A stretch of 64,000 bases of DNA from Diadema antillarum (Eukaryota), in NCBI RefSeq assembly GCF_040938485.1, contig NW_027271001.1:2728001-2792000 (forward strand), written 5' to 3'. This document shows positions 1-12,700 of the stretch, in pieces (position 1 is the first letter of the stretch; each line of letters opens with the position of its first letter). Under the pieces are notes generated by a model. That model searched no databases and was not told the origin of the DNA. It saw nothing but the letters and a program-made list of their open reading frames with translations. The position numbers and the translations under genes are program-made.

Positions 1-429
1 CCCAACAATTCGTTGCAAGTCAATATCTGCGCAATGCAGGATTAAGACCAGGAGTTTAAGACGTTAAAAACTCATCTTTTGAATAATACTACTTAGATTT
101 GAGTTATGCATGTCATGACTATTATCTTGTAATGGGCAGTAGAGTATATCATTACTGTAGCTGCGCAATATAAATCGTCTGTTGAGAATGATAAGGGCGT
201 TACGTTGTCACTAAACCCATAGTGTTCGAGACAACTTAAAGCCCTTCTCATTCTCAAAAGAAGAAATGTCCTTTATTACTATCATCATCATTTATTGTTA
301 CAGTAGCTCTCCATTTTAACAATGATGAGAGTGATAGTCTGATGCCAATACCCCAGTCATATCAACATATCTATGGCAAACATCTATACAATCATTGGTG
401 TATTAACTTTGATATAAAAGCAAACATAC

Positions 430-735
430 TCTGTGCATATACTCTGGATAGAGTGTGATATACAGTCTGTTGACGCCATCCCACTTCACAAGGAATCCGC
501 TGCCCTCGACGAAGACAAACTTGGAAGAAGCTCTGCGTACGATCACCTCGCCATTCGAGTACGGGAGCAGAACCTCCTCACCGTTGACAAAGACGGCTCG
601 TTCCTGCTTCAGGTCAATCGGCGACGTACCGTTTACAATGACAGTGGCCGACTTGGTGCAGGTGACTGTTCGTGATGAGCGCATGTTGCACTCAACATTT
701 TCAGCTAGAACAGTCAGGTATTGCTCAACAAAGTC
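430..735 (-). CDS. SSPO: SSPO exon 14, vWD2 ([16 protein letters not shown]...[20 protein letters not shown])
   Basis: CATAG acceptor, AGA|GTATGT donor, phase 0-0. Confidence 0.9.
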
Positions 736-3700
736 CTATGGTGAGAGCAAGTTGAGAAAAAAGTTACAAAAGAACGTTCTTTTATCCCCTCTGAATATCT
801 AGGATTCTCCTAATTACCCTCATGCAAAAAACAAAACAAAACAACGAAATTTACTTCACCACATGCATTTTTCACAGTAACCATTATTATATCATGATAG
901 TGCATATCAATACAACATACTTCAAAATTAAAAAAACAACTTTACTCATTGCTTTTTGCTCAGTAGCATCCTGGACTACTGGATTGATATCAAGGCCAAA
1001 TACGTGTGGTCTATAAAAACATTGTCAATTTGCAATGATGGATTTGACATGCATACATTGTTCTTCAACTTGGTTGCAACGCAGCAATGGGTGAGGAAGG
1101 CATTCAACCTTTAAAATGATCACACTTCCATTCTGAGGTCTTAAAGATGTACTGCAAACTGAGAGAGACAATTTCTCAGCATGGTGTGTACCTCAACGAG
1201 AATGTAGCGACAGCCTCCCTGGAAGTTGTACTGCTTCTTGTCAAAGGTCAGGTAGTGTGGATCACCGACAGACTGACAGGTCGCCTGGCAGGGGGACTGG
1301 TCACAATCCCAAATCCCTCCAAGACATGTGCTGAAAATAACGTGATAAGCTTTCATTGTTTCTCAATGAGCACTTCATCAGATTTCTTTTCATTAATTGC
1401 TTTCTTGCTAACATGTTCACATTATTGGTATAAATGGAATGTTTGTTGTCAAAACTTTTATAGATGTATAACATTGAGAGCACAAGGTGCATTTGAGATA
1501 TACATATTGCAGTGTACCGAGTTTGAAGATGCTTATGGAATCAAATTAATAATCATTACAATAATTTTGGGATTACATATTGTTTTTCTTTGCATTAACA
1601 CGACAAAGTACACAATGTAATTAAGCGGTAAAATTATTAATTACCATGCTTATGAAGAATACAATATGATGGGTAGGAGATTCATAACTCTTACAAATCT
1701 TAAGACAGCATTGGATAAAATCAAATTTTGAGATGAACTTCTTTGGAAACTCATCGCAATTCAAGTTTGCATTTGTTAAATGTGACTGTTAATTGTTTCT
1801 TTATGGTAAGATTTATGTACATGCAAACATTTTGCAATGTACTCATATCTTCCTTGTAACTCGAAAAAGATTGTTATCAAAAGCATTAGATTTTTCAACT
1901 ATGAACGTTTCATTACACATGGATTTCTAAAAAATACTAACCAGAGGTTACACTTTGACCTGACTGTTCCTCCTGGTGGATACTTCTCCCGATTGTGCAC
2001 ACAGGGGCACTGGTCAGTGGTGATGCAGCGGCCATTGTCCAGGACAGTGCCTTCTGGACACTGGCAGCCGCTGACACAGTCCGCTGGGCAGTGTTTGGCC
2101 ATCTCCACTGGGTCCTGGGCTTCACAGGTTACAGGACACAGTGTGCTGCAGTCACTGTACTCCATAATGTCTGGACACTGCTTGGCTGGGATGGGAAGCA
2201 ATGCCAGGTTCAGAGTAGCAGGGTACTTAATTTTCATCTCATTTGCATAGAAAATTTCATTTGAATGAAGCAAGTACTGATGAGGTATCTTTGTATCAAT
2301 TACATTTATTGAGCTGATCAGAGTTCAGTTTCAAGAAATCAATATTGAAATTAATGGGAATTAATTACAATTTACATACAGTAAAACTTATTTGCATGAC
2401 AGTTTTGAAGGGAAACACACTAACTGCAGCTTAAAATGACTACCATTTACTGAACAAGTAGAGCATTCACTTCAGGGTCACACAGTGTTACTTTTAACAA
2501 TCCACAATAACAATGAATCTTTCCCTCCTTAGGTATATCTCTGAGGTGTACTACTGTAAGATTTTATACACCATGATGGTTAACATTATTCTTCAATCAT
2601 GCAAAATTTTGTGATGTTTGCAAGAGGGATATATGAAAACCATGTCATCAGCTAATGGTAAACTTTCCTCCTTGTGTCTGATTCAATCATACAGGTAATC
2701 ATCTTGACCAGTTGAAGACTACTGGTAGTCCCAATATACTCTGACAAGCATCTATCAGAAACATGTACTATAGCTATAATTTAAACCATCTTGTCCTCAA
2801 TGAGGTAACTTACGGCAGAAATCCTGTGTCCTCCAGTCTAGGACCACACTCTCCATGGCACACTGACGAGAGTAGGCATTGAGGGAGACACACAGGGCAT
2901 CCATCATCAGGTCATCTGACTCCCCAAACTGACACAGATCATACTCACAGCTCTTCACAAACACTGTCGGGTCATACTGTGTTTATGCAGTAAAGTAGGA
3001 AAAGAAAAATAAGCATTTATCAGGAAGTAGACACACAATATCTTGCATCACAGAGCCAACAAAATGTCCTTGCATGAGATTTATGGTTGTTGTTGGTTTT
3101 TTTTTTGCTTGTTTGTTTCTGTGGCTTGTCCGTTTATTATTTTTTTAGCTTTTTGTCCAGTCGAATTTGTAATAAACATAAACTTAAATAACCTGTTTGT
3201 TTTTTTAAGTAAACAAAACAAAAAAGTGATAAGAAACAGTGCAGCTTCAAATAATAATTCTTCATATCAAAGAATCTACCAAAGAACACTTTCGATGTTA
3301 TTTGTACTGTGAATTACTCAGCATTAAGCCAGACATCAGAAATCAGATCATACTTATAAAATTTTTTGGGACTGTTGTAAAAAACAACCATCTATAGGCC
3401 AATATCTGATGAGTCATTAAAGACCCGTCGCACCAATGTGGTATTTACTATATAATCACTCCTAAACACAATATCAGGAACCATTTTCAGTCACACTCTT
3501 TTTGGAGCTCAATCTACAGAGAAAGGTTGCATAAAATATACATCACTGGCATATAACTCACATCAGCATGACACTGTTGAAACTCGACAGCTTCATTGAG
3601 AACCTGACACAGACTCTTGGCGGTCGCAAGGCGAGTTGGATGAACGTCACAGGGGTGTGTATCAACAATCGCCTGGCATACCTTTCAAGATAGCAAGTGA

Positions 3701-6700
3701 TATTTTAACATATCAAAAAGCTGCTGCTCAGAAAATGTAATGGTTGAAACAAACTAACATTGTGATCCTGTTAACACCATAATAATATTATTTGATGGAA
3801 ATGCAGTCATTATGATCAAAGCCCCTGATATTTCTAACCAATGAATCAAACAGACAGATATTTTGTCTTCTTTACAACAATGTGCAATTTTGCAGGATCT
3901 GCAGAAATTGTGATTTCGAAAAAGACTACAGCTTTGAAATGAAAACATAGATCCTACTTGGAATATGCTAGAGTACGTAACAACAAGTTTAGTGTCTCCA
4001 GGGGAAAAAAAAGTGCTGGAAGACTGAACTGGACACTGCCTGCACAAGAACTGCAAAGAAAATACACAAATTCACACTTCTCCTTTCCATGGCACAACAT
4101 GTATTTTTGTACTGTTCATAGATTACCCAGTATTGTTGGTCATTCATTACCAGGCTTGAACCACAAAGGGTTGTTATCTCTGGCCCATTTTCCTGTGCAT
4201 ACATGAGACTAATAAAATTCACATGGTTTGCATTCTCTTCTTTCATGTAGAAGTGAAGTGGGGTTTGTTGCACGCAAACATGAATACCATAAACATTAAT
4301 GCTGTGTGTGCAGTGTTTGTTTTGGTTTAATCTTCCACAAAATGGTACCTGTCTTACCTCTCCTGGATATGGAACTTCCCAGGATGTTGCCAGCTGGGCA
4401 GGGTAGGAGGCATAGTCTCCACTTCTCATCATCCAGTCATCTGTTGTCATATACAAAGTGTGCAGAAAGGAGTTATGAATATCATTTCCACTTTTTAACA
4501 GTACATTATATATACTCGGCAAAATCATCCTCACAACTGAAAAAACAGCTATAATAATTGGAAAGGAGAGTTATTCATTGGTCTTGTCATGTCTTAGAGC
4601 ATGTTTTGTACTTACAGCTCATATATACAGGATACATGTATATTACATGTTTACAAAAATGTTTTCATTCAAAGCACTCCCACACCTACATTGTATTACA
4701 GATATGTAGTAGTGTGCTAATCTTTCATTGTGCTTGCTTTATACTTTGATGGGTATTGCAGATCTTTGTAGGCATTGTATATAGTTATGCAGTTACAAGT
4801 AAAATGCAGGAGATCACTGGACAGTGTAATTTCTATTGTCTTTTTTCCCCCCCTCCTATTCATGAAAGTACTTAATTTAGTACATATCCTAAAAAACTTG
4901 TTTGGGCTACTGCATTTGGCATTAAATGCAGTAAATAACTCCAGCTCGAATGGGACTGTAAACTTGTGGAGAATACAGGGATAATATCATCATACATGTC
5001 GCATGAAAAAAGGAGGTGCAATTTCTTTGACACATTAGCTACAAATGCAGCATTCTGTGTTTGAATTGAGTCAGGTTTGACCCATGTAAATAAACTGCAT
5101 TACCACCAAATTCATTACAAAAATAGAGAAGCACTCTGAGAGTGCAGACCTCCACCAGGCATGCAGATCATTTCCACCACTGATCTTGTTCTTCCATAGA
5201 GATTTCAGTGATTTCTACCAATACATACTTATAGCTTTGTGTGCCGAAAGTGGCCCGATTTCCCACTATAAAAGCCTTTGTTACATCATAAACCCTCAGC
5301 TGCACGGCGCGCCTCGCCCTAGAAGAAACCAAATGTAGAAACCAAAGATGCTTAAACTACAGCATGCACTCTAGTGCGCGCATGCAAACCTTAAATACGC
5401 ACAGCCTGAACTCCCAAGTTCATTGACCCTACATGCCAAAATATCAAAATCCTTCATAAATTCCCCCAAAATTCTTGGATCACTACCAAAATTTGATCAC
5501 CTGCTACTTGTATCATTCTAAACTTTTCCTGCAAGTTTCATCCAAATCCGTTAACTGCTTTTTGATTATTTCGCACAAGGACAAACACACAAACACAAAA
5601 ACCAACAGTAAAGGAAACTTAACCTCCTCCCTTGGCGGACGTAACAAATGATTCTCTGTAATCATATCTTGTTAACTGTTACAGATCTACATGCATATAA
5701 AGAGACATAGAACATACTCTCTGGATTGTCATCATACATTCCACAAAGGCCAATTGTGGACTCTTTCAGCTCAGCTAGCACAGTGACATACACCGTCATG
5801 TTGCTGTCCCATCGGGCCAGAACACCAAGGGTAGACTCCAGGAAAGTGAATTCTCCTGCCTTCTTCAGTGAGATGCCTGGAGGAAGAAAAAAAACAGAAT
5901 GAGAACTCATCCTTTAAAAGTTGTGCATTACTCTGGCCTCTGCAGTCTGAGGTATGTGCGGAAACATTTCGTCACTTAGTATGCCATCTCCTTCAAACTA
6001 TGAGATGATAAGTAGAGGTAGAGTAATCAATGTGGAGGTAAAAGCTGCTTATGAATACTTTCATCAATTTCAGACGCGAGTGAAGGCACATGCCAATTTA
6101 TGACTGCATCGACAAAATTTACCTATCAAACATAGATATACATTCACCCTTCAAAGACGTCATTCTATATTTTATAGGCACATGTGCATGAATACATCTG
6201 TATGTGTGGAGCTAACTGCACGCTAGGAGGCTGCAACTTTGCTCTGGGCAGATTTCGGATAAGACTGGAATATATACAGGGATGAAACTGGACAACTAGT
6301 TGACAGTAAGAGATAGTTTAGTACACAAGTGATTTATGCAGTTTGCAGTGACATTAAGCCGTTCCTTCAGAAATGCAGTCCCTAGCATTTGTCACAGGGT
6401 ATTAAAATGAGCACATGCATGAAGTAAACTTGCAACATGAGGGCCCTGTTGCATAAAAGTTCAGATCAAACACACATAAGTCAGAAAATCAAACACAAGT
6501 CTCTGAATAATCGGTTATGATTGGCTGATACCTGACTTATGTTTGATTGTATCTTTTTATACAACAGGGCCCTTGATTGCTGAAATAGGTGCTTGACAAA
6601 GGGCAAATTTACCATTTTCCATGAAAGGAAATGAGACCATTGGATTGTCATTGATGGAGACCATGTTCAGCTCTACTGTGATGACATCTAGCCCAAGGAT

Positions 6701-9700
6701 GAACTCCAGACTCTGTCATAAAAGAACATTATACAGCGAGGAAAAGAGAGCATAATGTCAAGACACATACAAAGACACAGAGACTGGGACATTCTTCATA
6801 CTTATTGACATACAGGTTCAGTTGGAGAGAGAACATTATTGTTCAATTCACATGATAATGTCTCCGTAAGTTGGTATGGACATCTTGAGCAGCATCTATT
6901 TGACACTCCATCTTCTCTGACTGAATTTACCTTTGGCTCATAATAAACACAGTATAATGCAGAGGAGAGGGCATACAATGATGCAACAAGGACTCATATA
7001 TTTCACATGATATGTAAATATAATAACCATCATGTCAGATGCATTTAAGTACTGTAATCACTTCAAAACACTACAAAAATATGCAATTTCACCCAAGTCC
7101 TGTCATCATTCAAAAATGCCCAAATGTCAGAATCTGTAAATGTCATTTACTAACCTTGGGGAAATAAGATCACAGATAAGAAGAAAATGCAAAGATGAAA
7201 GTTCACATGAAAAGGGTCATGAAGCTAATTCAAAAGCTGTTGTGTACACAGAGGCTCATAGCAACATACATACAGCCAGACCATTAGGAATTTCATTTTG
7301 CCCACATCTGATTAAACTTACCTTGAAGCATGTAGAAAGGACATCACAGTCCTTGTTCCGGATCGTCACTTGCCAGGTCCCATCCAGGGCTGCAGCCAAG
7401 GTGTAGGAACAGGTTCCAGAGAAGCTATAGAATGTCCCATCAAAGGTCATGAAATGATCACCACTCCAGGAGGCACACGTTGCTGATGTTCGTAGGGCAA
7501 GGGAGTTGTTCACTGCTGCAGCAACCTCAAGTTGATGCTGGTGTGGATCAGTAAATGACCATGTTGCCGGCGGCGGTTGGGTTGTAAAAAACTCTGGCTC
7601 ACCAACGTATGTAGGGTAGTCAGACTCCTCATCTTGGGAACCTCCTGCAGATGAGTGGAACAGTGAGATCCTGCTTGGTACAGACAGCTCTGATGCAAGG
7701 TTTATATCACTTTTTGAGGTGGATATGCCTGAAGTTGGTTTAGACTCTGTCAGTGGGGGGTTTGCAGTTGTGAACAATTCAGTGGGGACGACAAAGGGAG
7801 ACCACATGTCTATCAAAGACCGATAGGTATTTTGGTTGCCTTCAGACACTGACTCTTTTGGTTTAGAATGACTTCCAGGTGAAGAGACCTTTGAACTCTT
7901 TCCTGATGTGTTATTGCTCTTCTTAGCTGACTTTTCCTTAACAGAGCTAGCACTTGAAGACTTCTTGGAGTTAGATTTGCTTGCCTTGCTTGTTTTCTTG
8001 GAGTCATTTTTTCTTCCCTTGGAAGAAGAACCTTCAGATTCTTTAGACTCATTATTACTGGCATTAGCCGAGTCTTTACTATCCTTGGACTTGTCTGTAC
8101 CCTTTTCCTTTGAATCACGTTTTCTCCCTTTGGAAGAATTGTCACTCTCCCCAGATCTGTTCTTGTTAGATTCCTTAGACTTGCCCTTGCTAGATTCCTC
8201 GGAGTCATTCTTACTGCCTTTAGAAGAACTTTTACTTTCTTTAGTCTTGCCCTTACTTGATTCATTTGAGACCTTCCTCTCTTTGGAGGTTGAAACTTTT
8301 CTCTCCTTGGATTTGTCTTTGCTTGACTTCTTGGAGTCATTCTTCCTTTCCTTGGAAGAAGAACCTTGAGACTCCTTAGACTTGTTCTTGCTAGACTCCT
8401 TAGACTTATTCTCACTGCCTCTGGAGGATGAATCTTTATCTTCTTTGGACTTGCCCTTGCTAGATTCCTCCGAGTCACTCATATGACCTTTAGAAGATCC
8501 TTTACTTTCTGCAGACTTGTCTGTGTTCGATTGTTTTGAGTCAGTCTCCCTCTCTTTGGAGGATGAATCTTTACTCTCTTTGGATTTGTCCTTACTTGAT
8601 TCCTCTGAGTCATTCTTTCTCCCCTTGGAAGAAGAACCTTCAGATTCATCAGACTTGTTCTTGCTAGATTCCTTAGATTTATTTCTACTGTCTCTTGAAG
8701 TTGAGTCTTTGTCTTCTTTGGACTTGCCCTTGCTGGATTCCTTAGAGTCGTTCTCACTGCCTTTGGAAGAACTTTTACTTTCTTTAGTCTTATCTTTACT
8801 TGATTCCTTTGAGACCTTCCTCTCTTTTGAGGATGATACTTTTTTCTCCTTAGATTTGTCTTTGCTTGACTCCTTGGAGTTATTCTTTCTCCCCTTGGAA
8901 GAAGAACCTTCATACTCCTTAGACTTGTTCTTGCTAGATTCCTTAGATTCACTGTTACTGCCACTAGAAGAGCCTTTACTTTCCTTGGACTTGCCCTTGC
9001 TTGATTCCTTTGAGTCGCCCTTTCTCCCCTTGGAAGAAGAACCTTTAGACTCCTTAGACTTGTTCTTGCTAGATTCCTTAGACTTATTCTTACTACCTCT
9101 GGAGGATGAATCTTTATCTTCTTTGGACCTGACCTTGCTAGATTCCTTGGAGTCGTTCTCACTGCCTTTCGAAGAACTTTTACTTTCTTCAGTCTTATCT
9201 TTACTTGATTCCTTTGTGACTTTCCTTTCTTTTGAGGATGAAACTTTTTTCTCCTTAGATATGTCCTTGCTTGATTCCTTGGCATCATTCTTTCTCCCCT
9301 TGGAAGAAGAACCTTCAGACTCCCCAGACCCGTTCTTGCTAGATTCCTTAGACTTATTTCTACTGTCTCTTGAAGTTGAATCTTTATCTTCTTTGGACTT
9401 GCCCTTGCTAGATTCATCGGAGTCATTCATATGATCTTTAGAAGCCCCTTTACTTTCTTTGGACTTGTCTTTGCTTGATGCTTTTGAGTCATTCTCCAGC
9501 TCTTTGGAGGATGAAACTTTTTTCTCCTTGGATTTGTCCTTACTTGATTCCTTTGAGTCATTCTTTCTCCCCTTGGAAGAAGAACCTTCAGATTCCTTTA
9601 TGGACTTGTTCTTGCTAGATTCCTTAGACTGACTATTACTGCTGCTAGAAGAGCCTTTACTTTCCTTGGACTTGCCTTTGCTTTTTTCCTTTGAGTCATT

Positions 9701-12700
9701 CTTTTTCTCCTTGGAAGAAGAACCTTCAGACTCATTAGACTTGTCCCTACTAGATTCCTTAGACTTATTTTTACTGCCTCTGGAGGAAGAATCTTTATCT
9801 TCTTTGGACTTGCTCTTGCTTGGCTCCACAGAGTCATCTATGTAGCTTTCAGAAGGATCTTTTCTTTCTTTAGACTTGTCTTTGCTTGATGCTTTTGAGT
9901 CATTCTCCCGCTCTTTGGAGGATGAAACTTTACTCTTGTTGGATTTGTCCTTGCTTGATTCCTTGGAGTCATTCTTTCTCCCTTTGGAAGAAGAACCTTC
10001 AGACTCCCTTGACGTGTCCTTGTTAGATTCCTTAGAGATATTCTTACTGCCCTTGGATGAAGAACCTTTACCCTCCTTAGACTTGTTCTTGCTTGATTCC
10101 TTCGAGTCATTCTTTCTCCCTTTGGAAGATGAACCTCTATCCTCCTTAGAGCCTTCCTTATCATGAGAATTGCTTTTGCTATGTTTACTTTCATTTGAGT
10201 CAATGTTGCTCTCACTGCTTTTGCCTCGTTTTTCGATCACTGACATAAGATCTGAGCGTTCAGCATCTAGATTTAAACATACAAATCATGACAAACACAT
10301 GAAATTATTGAATGATTTAGAGTGATGTAATTCTTTGAATTTAAAGCGATCTCCTTTCAAAAGATGACATTTAAAGGCACCATCTTCACTACTTTTTTTT
10401 TCATTTTCAATGCAATATATTAGAATTACCCTGAGTGTAACCTTATTTATAGTGGCACTACAAAATCTACTTGTATCAGGGTATGATCTCAGTAAGTTGG
10501 TGTTGAGCAAATGCCAAATAAAGTAATAATAAAATATTCATTTTCTCATACAAAACATAGTATGATTGCCCACAATGATTTGAACAGAGAATCTATGCTT
10601 TATATAGCATTTGTAGCTGACCTCATAGTGAATCATCTTAAATAGAACTCCAATACATCTGTGGCTAGATATTTGTGCTGTTTCATTTCTGATGTATACA
10701 ATTTCTATAGGCTGACTGCATGATTGTCTCTCAAGAATGAAAATACACTAAAACTGAGCATTGATATGAAGTGCTAGTGTGAATGATAAAATGTCTAAAA
10801 TGCTGAATGTTTAACTATACGAAGACACTATCATTACATTTTGTAATAACATAATGAGCCATATGACATACAAAGCTCGAGGAGTGGTAACATCTATGCA
10901 TGAATAAAACCTTACATGCATGTGGGAGTCTGTGTATGTATTGAACTTTGGTTCAAAGATAATTTAAAGTAGCAATCATTAAAATAATATTCATACATCA
11001 TGTAATGTATAGAATTCTGCTTTAACTTGTTTCATACTGAATTCCAAAATTCCCATAGACTTAATACATGGGCCACCAGAGATTACCACCAGAGTCAACA
11101 ATTTTGAGATGAACACCATGGGAACTAACACTTAACAAAAAGCGGGAAGTATGCATATTGGGTTTATCATGACAAGTAAGCAGATGATTGAAAATGAAAT
11201 AAGAGGGTTCAAGAGGGAAAAATGGTTCAGAGAAATAAGAGGGCAAAGGGAAGAGAGAAAGAGGATGAGAAAGAGGGAGAAAGAGAGGGAGAGATATATG
11301 ACTGGACACAAAAAATAAAAAGAATGCCAGTTTAGGATACACAAGGAAAACAATTAGCACAGTGGGAAAAGTAATAGCAGTTAAGAACAAAATACATGAA
11401 ATAGAATATAGGAGGGTGAAATACACACAGACATTCTACATGTAACATAAAGGCTGAAACTAGAGAAGAAAGTAAACCTAGGGTATCAATATCTTAAAAA
11501 AACAAAAACAAAAGAGCAAAACAAAAAACAAAAGCACTGAACTGTCACAGTAAGACATCCAAGCTGTTGCAGATCTAATATTGACAGAGCTGCCACCTTT
11601 CTGCCTGTTTTTCATTCAAAGGTCTTCAGCCGTACTACTTAATTAAATTTTGGATACAGTACACACAGTGTTTACTTACTCAATGGCTGATGTGCAAATA
11701 TTGATAATTAGATTTTGGTAGTAATTATAGGTCAAGGTCATTTCTCCTGGTCCTGTCTATTCTGGTAAATTAAAGATTATTCTAAGCTAAGCTTTTGACC
11801 ACTGATTTAAACTCAACACAAAGGAGAGGCCAGGAGACATATTAGTTTATGTTGATACATGACTTTAATACCAAAATTGTTTCAATCAACCCTCAAGAAT
11901 GTACAGAAATGCAAACTCACAAGTCAGAAAATGCCAAGGACATGATGATGAATAATGTTTCTACAACTTACATTTAACTTTAAAATGGCAAAAAGAAACA
12001 ACTTTTTCTTTCCAGTCAAATTTAGTGTTCTTGCCCTGGAATCAGAATGTCTGTCATTGGAACAGGGGCAGCCAGTTTGTGTACAAGGACAATGTTATCT
12101 TGAGTTGGTGTTGCTTAAAGGGTTCAAGAATGGACAGGCAAGCTTTCCAGTATCAATTACTAAATCTGCATCAGTCATGAATGCCTTTAGTACTGACAGC
12201 TTGCTGGATGATCACCATAAAGACAAAAATATATAATTTGTGGATAGTATTTATTAGAGATTATTTACCTGTTTGTGTTTGGAAGCATCAGGCCTCTCAT
12301 TTGTTATGTCTATTCTCATAGATGTCTACTCTTAATAATCACATATTAGTTTCTTTCAGGAGAGGTATATTCTCCACTCAACGTTTAATTTCCTCATCAC
12401 TGTTTATCACATTACTGCTGTTTCAAAAACCTTTATATCCTTTTTTGATTTTGGTAATTGCTTACACTTAAACATGGAATATAAGTTTCTGAAGTAGTAG
12501 TCAAAAATCTAATCTAAAAATGTACATAATGCAAAGATCATTTGGCAGTGTAAAATCTGTTTCTCTTCTCAGGCACTACAATGATATGATAGAAAATAGG
12601 ACAGATGATATAGAAGTCACAAATACATTTATATTGGACATCAATCTACCCCAGTGATCCCTACACCATACAGAATCACTACATCACTGTGACGGTTGTT

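Noticed and set aside
3989-4534. 181-aa minus-strand ORF as a separate gene
   Set aside because: Only 4358-4440 is vWD-like and splice-bounded (SSPO exon 9). The rest is intronic read-through.
7975-10135. Regularly spaced repeats resembling a CRISPR array
   Set aside because: This is eukaryotic DNA, the units are contiguous in-frame codon repeats without unique spacers, and there are no cas genes.
7908-10166. Plus-strand Leu/Ser/Glu-rich ORFs (7908..8369, 8517..9434, 9876..10166) and alternative-frame minus ORFs (7813..8478, 8479..9426, 9598..9837, 9838..10215)
   Set aside because: These are shadows of the SSPO coding repeat. A repetitive purine-rich sequence lacks stops in other frames. 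They have no splice context or independent evidence.
11076-11137. Possible extra phase-1 SSPO cassette exon ([21 protein letters not shown]) after a long pyrimidine tract
   Set aside because: Weak donor (GTATTA), hydrophobic sequence out of context, and no domain support.
12270-12330. Exon-like segment with a CAG|GTAAAT donor on the minus strand
   Set aside because: No acceptor gives an open phase 1-1 exon compatible with the flanking SSPO exons.
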